Origin: Raja brachyura
Lineage: Eukaryota
Length of the DNA stretch: 64,000 nucleotides
NCBI GenBank assembly: GCA_963514005.1
Contig: OY740792.1
Location: forward strand, 63,054,001-63,118,000
Direction of reading: 5' to 3'
Positions 62,610 to 64,000 of this stretch are shown here, in pieces (position 1 is the stretch's first letter; each line of letters starts with the position of its first letter). The translations under genes were made by a program, and so were the position numbers. The notes beneath the pieces are model-generated. The model was given only the letters and a program-made list of their open reading frames with translations. It ran no database searches and was not told where the DNA came from.

Positions 62610-62855
62610 CCTCCTCTCACCTTAAACCCGTCCCCTATAGTTCTCGATTCACTTCCCCTGGGTAAATGTATTTGTGCTATTCCCCTCATGATTTTATACA
62701 CCTCCATAAGATCACCCCTCAGCCTCCTGAGCTCCAAGGAATAAAGTCCTAACCTGCCCGTAGCTCAGCCCCTCAAGTGTTGGCAACATCCTCGTAAATC
62801 TTGTCCGCACTCTTTCCAGCTTAACAACATGTTTCCAATAGCAGGATGACCAATT
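62610..62855 (-). mobile_element. CR1 RT C-terminal fragment
   Basis: Reverse of ctggaaagagtgc..acaagatttacgaggatgttgcca..ctttattccttggagc..aggaggctgaggggtgatcttat. Confidence 0.75.
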
Positions 62856-63151
62856 TGTGGCATGTAGAATGATTCTAAAGGTCAATCAGTCCATTAATAA
62901 AATCAATAAAGGTAATTTGTCCCTTAAACTGCGCACGGAGAGACATTCAATAAACCCAAGTTCTTTGCCACTGTAGATTCCGGTGCACTGGTATGACAAA
63001 TTCATTAAATAATCTGATAATTTGGCGCCAAATCCTCTTGCACTCTGCACACACTGCATTAATCAGTGGGGTGTGAGAAATCTCAATAACAAAATGTTTA
63101 AAAAATGTAAGAAAATTCTCAATCTAGAATGACAGCCACACAGACCTTCAC

Positions 63152-63900
63152 GAGCCTGTCCCACTTGGACAAGCTAATCCAGGGGTGGGGAACCTTTTCA
63201 TGGTGGAAGGCCGAATTGAGTTAGCTGTAATCTAACAAGGCCGCATCCGAGAAACTTCAATTAGATACACTTCAAAATGTACATTATTTTGTTAAAATAG
63301 CCCTCATGACTTACTAATGTTTTAATTGTGGCCGTCAGCCCGGGGAGGATTTATTTTATTGAATCTCCTTTTACTCGTTAGTATTTTAAATACGTTCAAT
63401 TTAAGATAAAAATAAAATTAATAAAAGTATAACAAAAACATATTAATAATAATAAAAAGATTTAATCTACAAAATTTGGATTCATTCAAAAGGCCGCACT
63501 TAATGGCCTAGTGGGCCGCATGCGGCCTTAAGGTCGCAGGTTCCCCACCCCTGACCTGATCCATGGGTTTAGAAGACCCTAGACGAGTTGGAAAAAATGT
63601 CAAGGTCGTGTTGACTCGTCGAAGTAGACGACCTCCTACGACAGTGGCTACGACCTCCTACGACCCCCCTCGACCTCAGTCTTCCATACCTAAGACCAAC
63701 TACGACTAGCTACGACTGGAAAATGATCACATGATGTCATGTTTGCATTTTTTTCTCCTCAGGCCAGTTACCGACCTACGATTATCTATGACCACCTACG
63801 ACTGCCATCACGACCTACTACGACCTACCTACGACCGACCTACGAGTAAAAAGTATACATTTTTTCCATGACAACCTTTTTTCTCCATCGTGGTCTGGTT
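63152..63900. mobile_element. Harbinger-type non-autonomous element with (CTACGAC)-rich tandem repeats
   Basis: Left end gagcctgtcccacttgg as in 43464; many ctacgac/cgacct units 63600-63845; right TIR not seen. Confidence 0.55.
63180..63553. mobile_element. 374-bp hAT (Charlie-like) MITE nested in a Harbinger-type element
   Basis: TIR CAGGGGTGGGGAACCT / AGGTTCCCCACCCCTG; degenerate 8-bp TSD AGCTAATC / ACCTGATC. Confidence 0.88.
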
Positions 63901-64000
63901 TGGCTCAGCCACCAAGCACGACACCTGGAGGCTGCAGCGAATCGTCCGATCAGCAGAGAAGGTTGTTGGCTGCAACCTTCCCGCCATTGATGAACTGTAA

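Noticed and set aside
63600-63845. Short repeated CTACGAC units resembling an array
   Set aside because: Irregular tandem subrepeats of a Harbinger-type element; no constant repeat with unique spacers, so not CRISPR.
23543-64000. CD247 exon 1 (signal peptide, phase-1 donor)
   Set aside because: No convincing candidate found by eye; probably beyond the window, since this intron is very long in mammals.

Overview
Eukaryotic (vertebrate) genomic DNA, most likely an elasmobranch (skate/ray/shark), judged from CR1/HER1-type LINEs, HE1-type tRNA-SINEs and abundant Penelope-like elements. The only recognisable host gene is CD247 (T-cell receptor CD3 zeta chain) on the minus strand. Coding exons 2-8 lie at 23542 down to 12096, all with GT-AG boundaries, and join into an open frame with the [12 protein letters not shown] transmembrane segment and three ITAMs. 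Exon 1 was not found, so 23.5-64 kb is probably the long first intron. The first ~11 kb is almost free of transposons and, by inference from mammalian synteny, may be the long 3' UTR of the convergent neighbour POU2F1; no coding sequence for it is visible. The rest is dense with nested mobile elements. The most notable is a 7.3-kb DNA transposon (53591-60880) with CAAAGAT TIRs, a perfect 8-bp TSD and a decayed two-exon THAP domain (P-element-like), whose intron holds a long CR1. A related 723-bp MITE sits almost at the same position of another CR1 copy. Also present: a ~4.9-kb foldback structure with ~690-bp arms, many short Penelope-derived insertions carrying minimal hammerhead-ribozyme motifs, a solo LTR, and Harbinger-, hAT- and Tc1-type elements. 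One assembly gap at 58880-59655. All alignments and translations were done by eye; repeat boundaries without a TSD are approximate.
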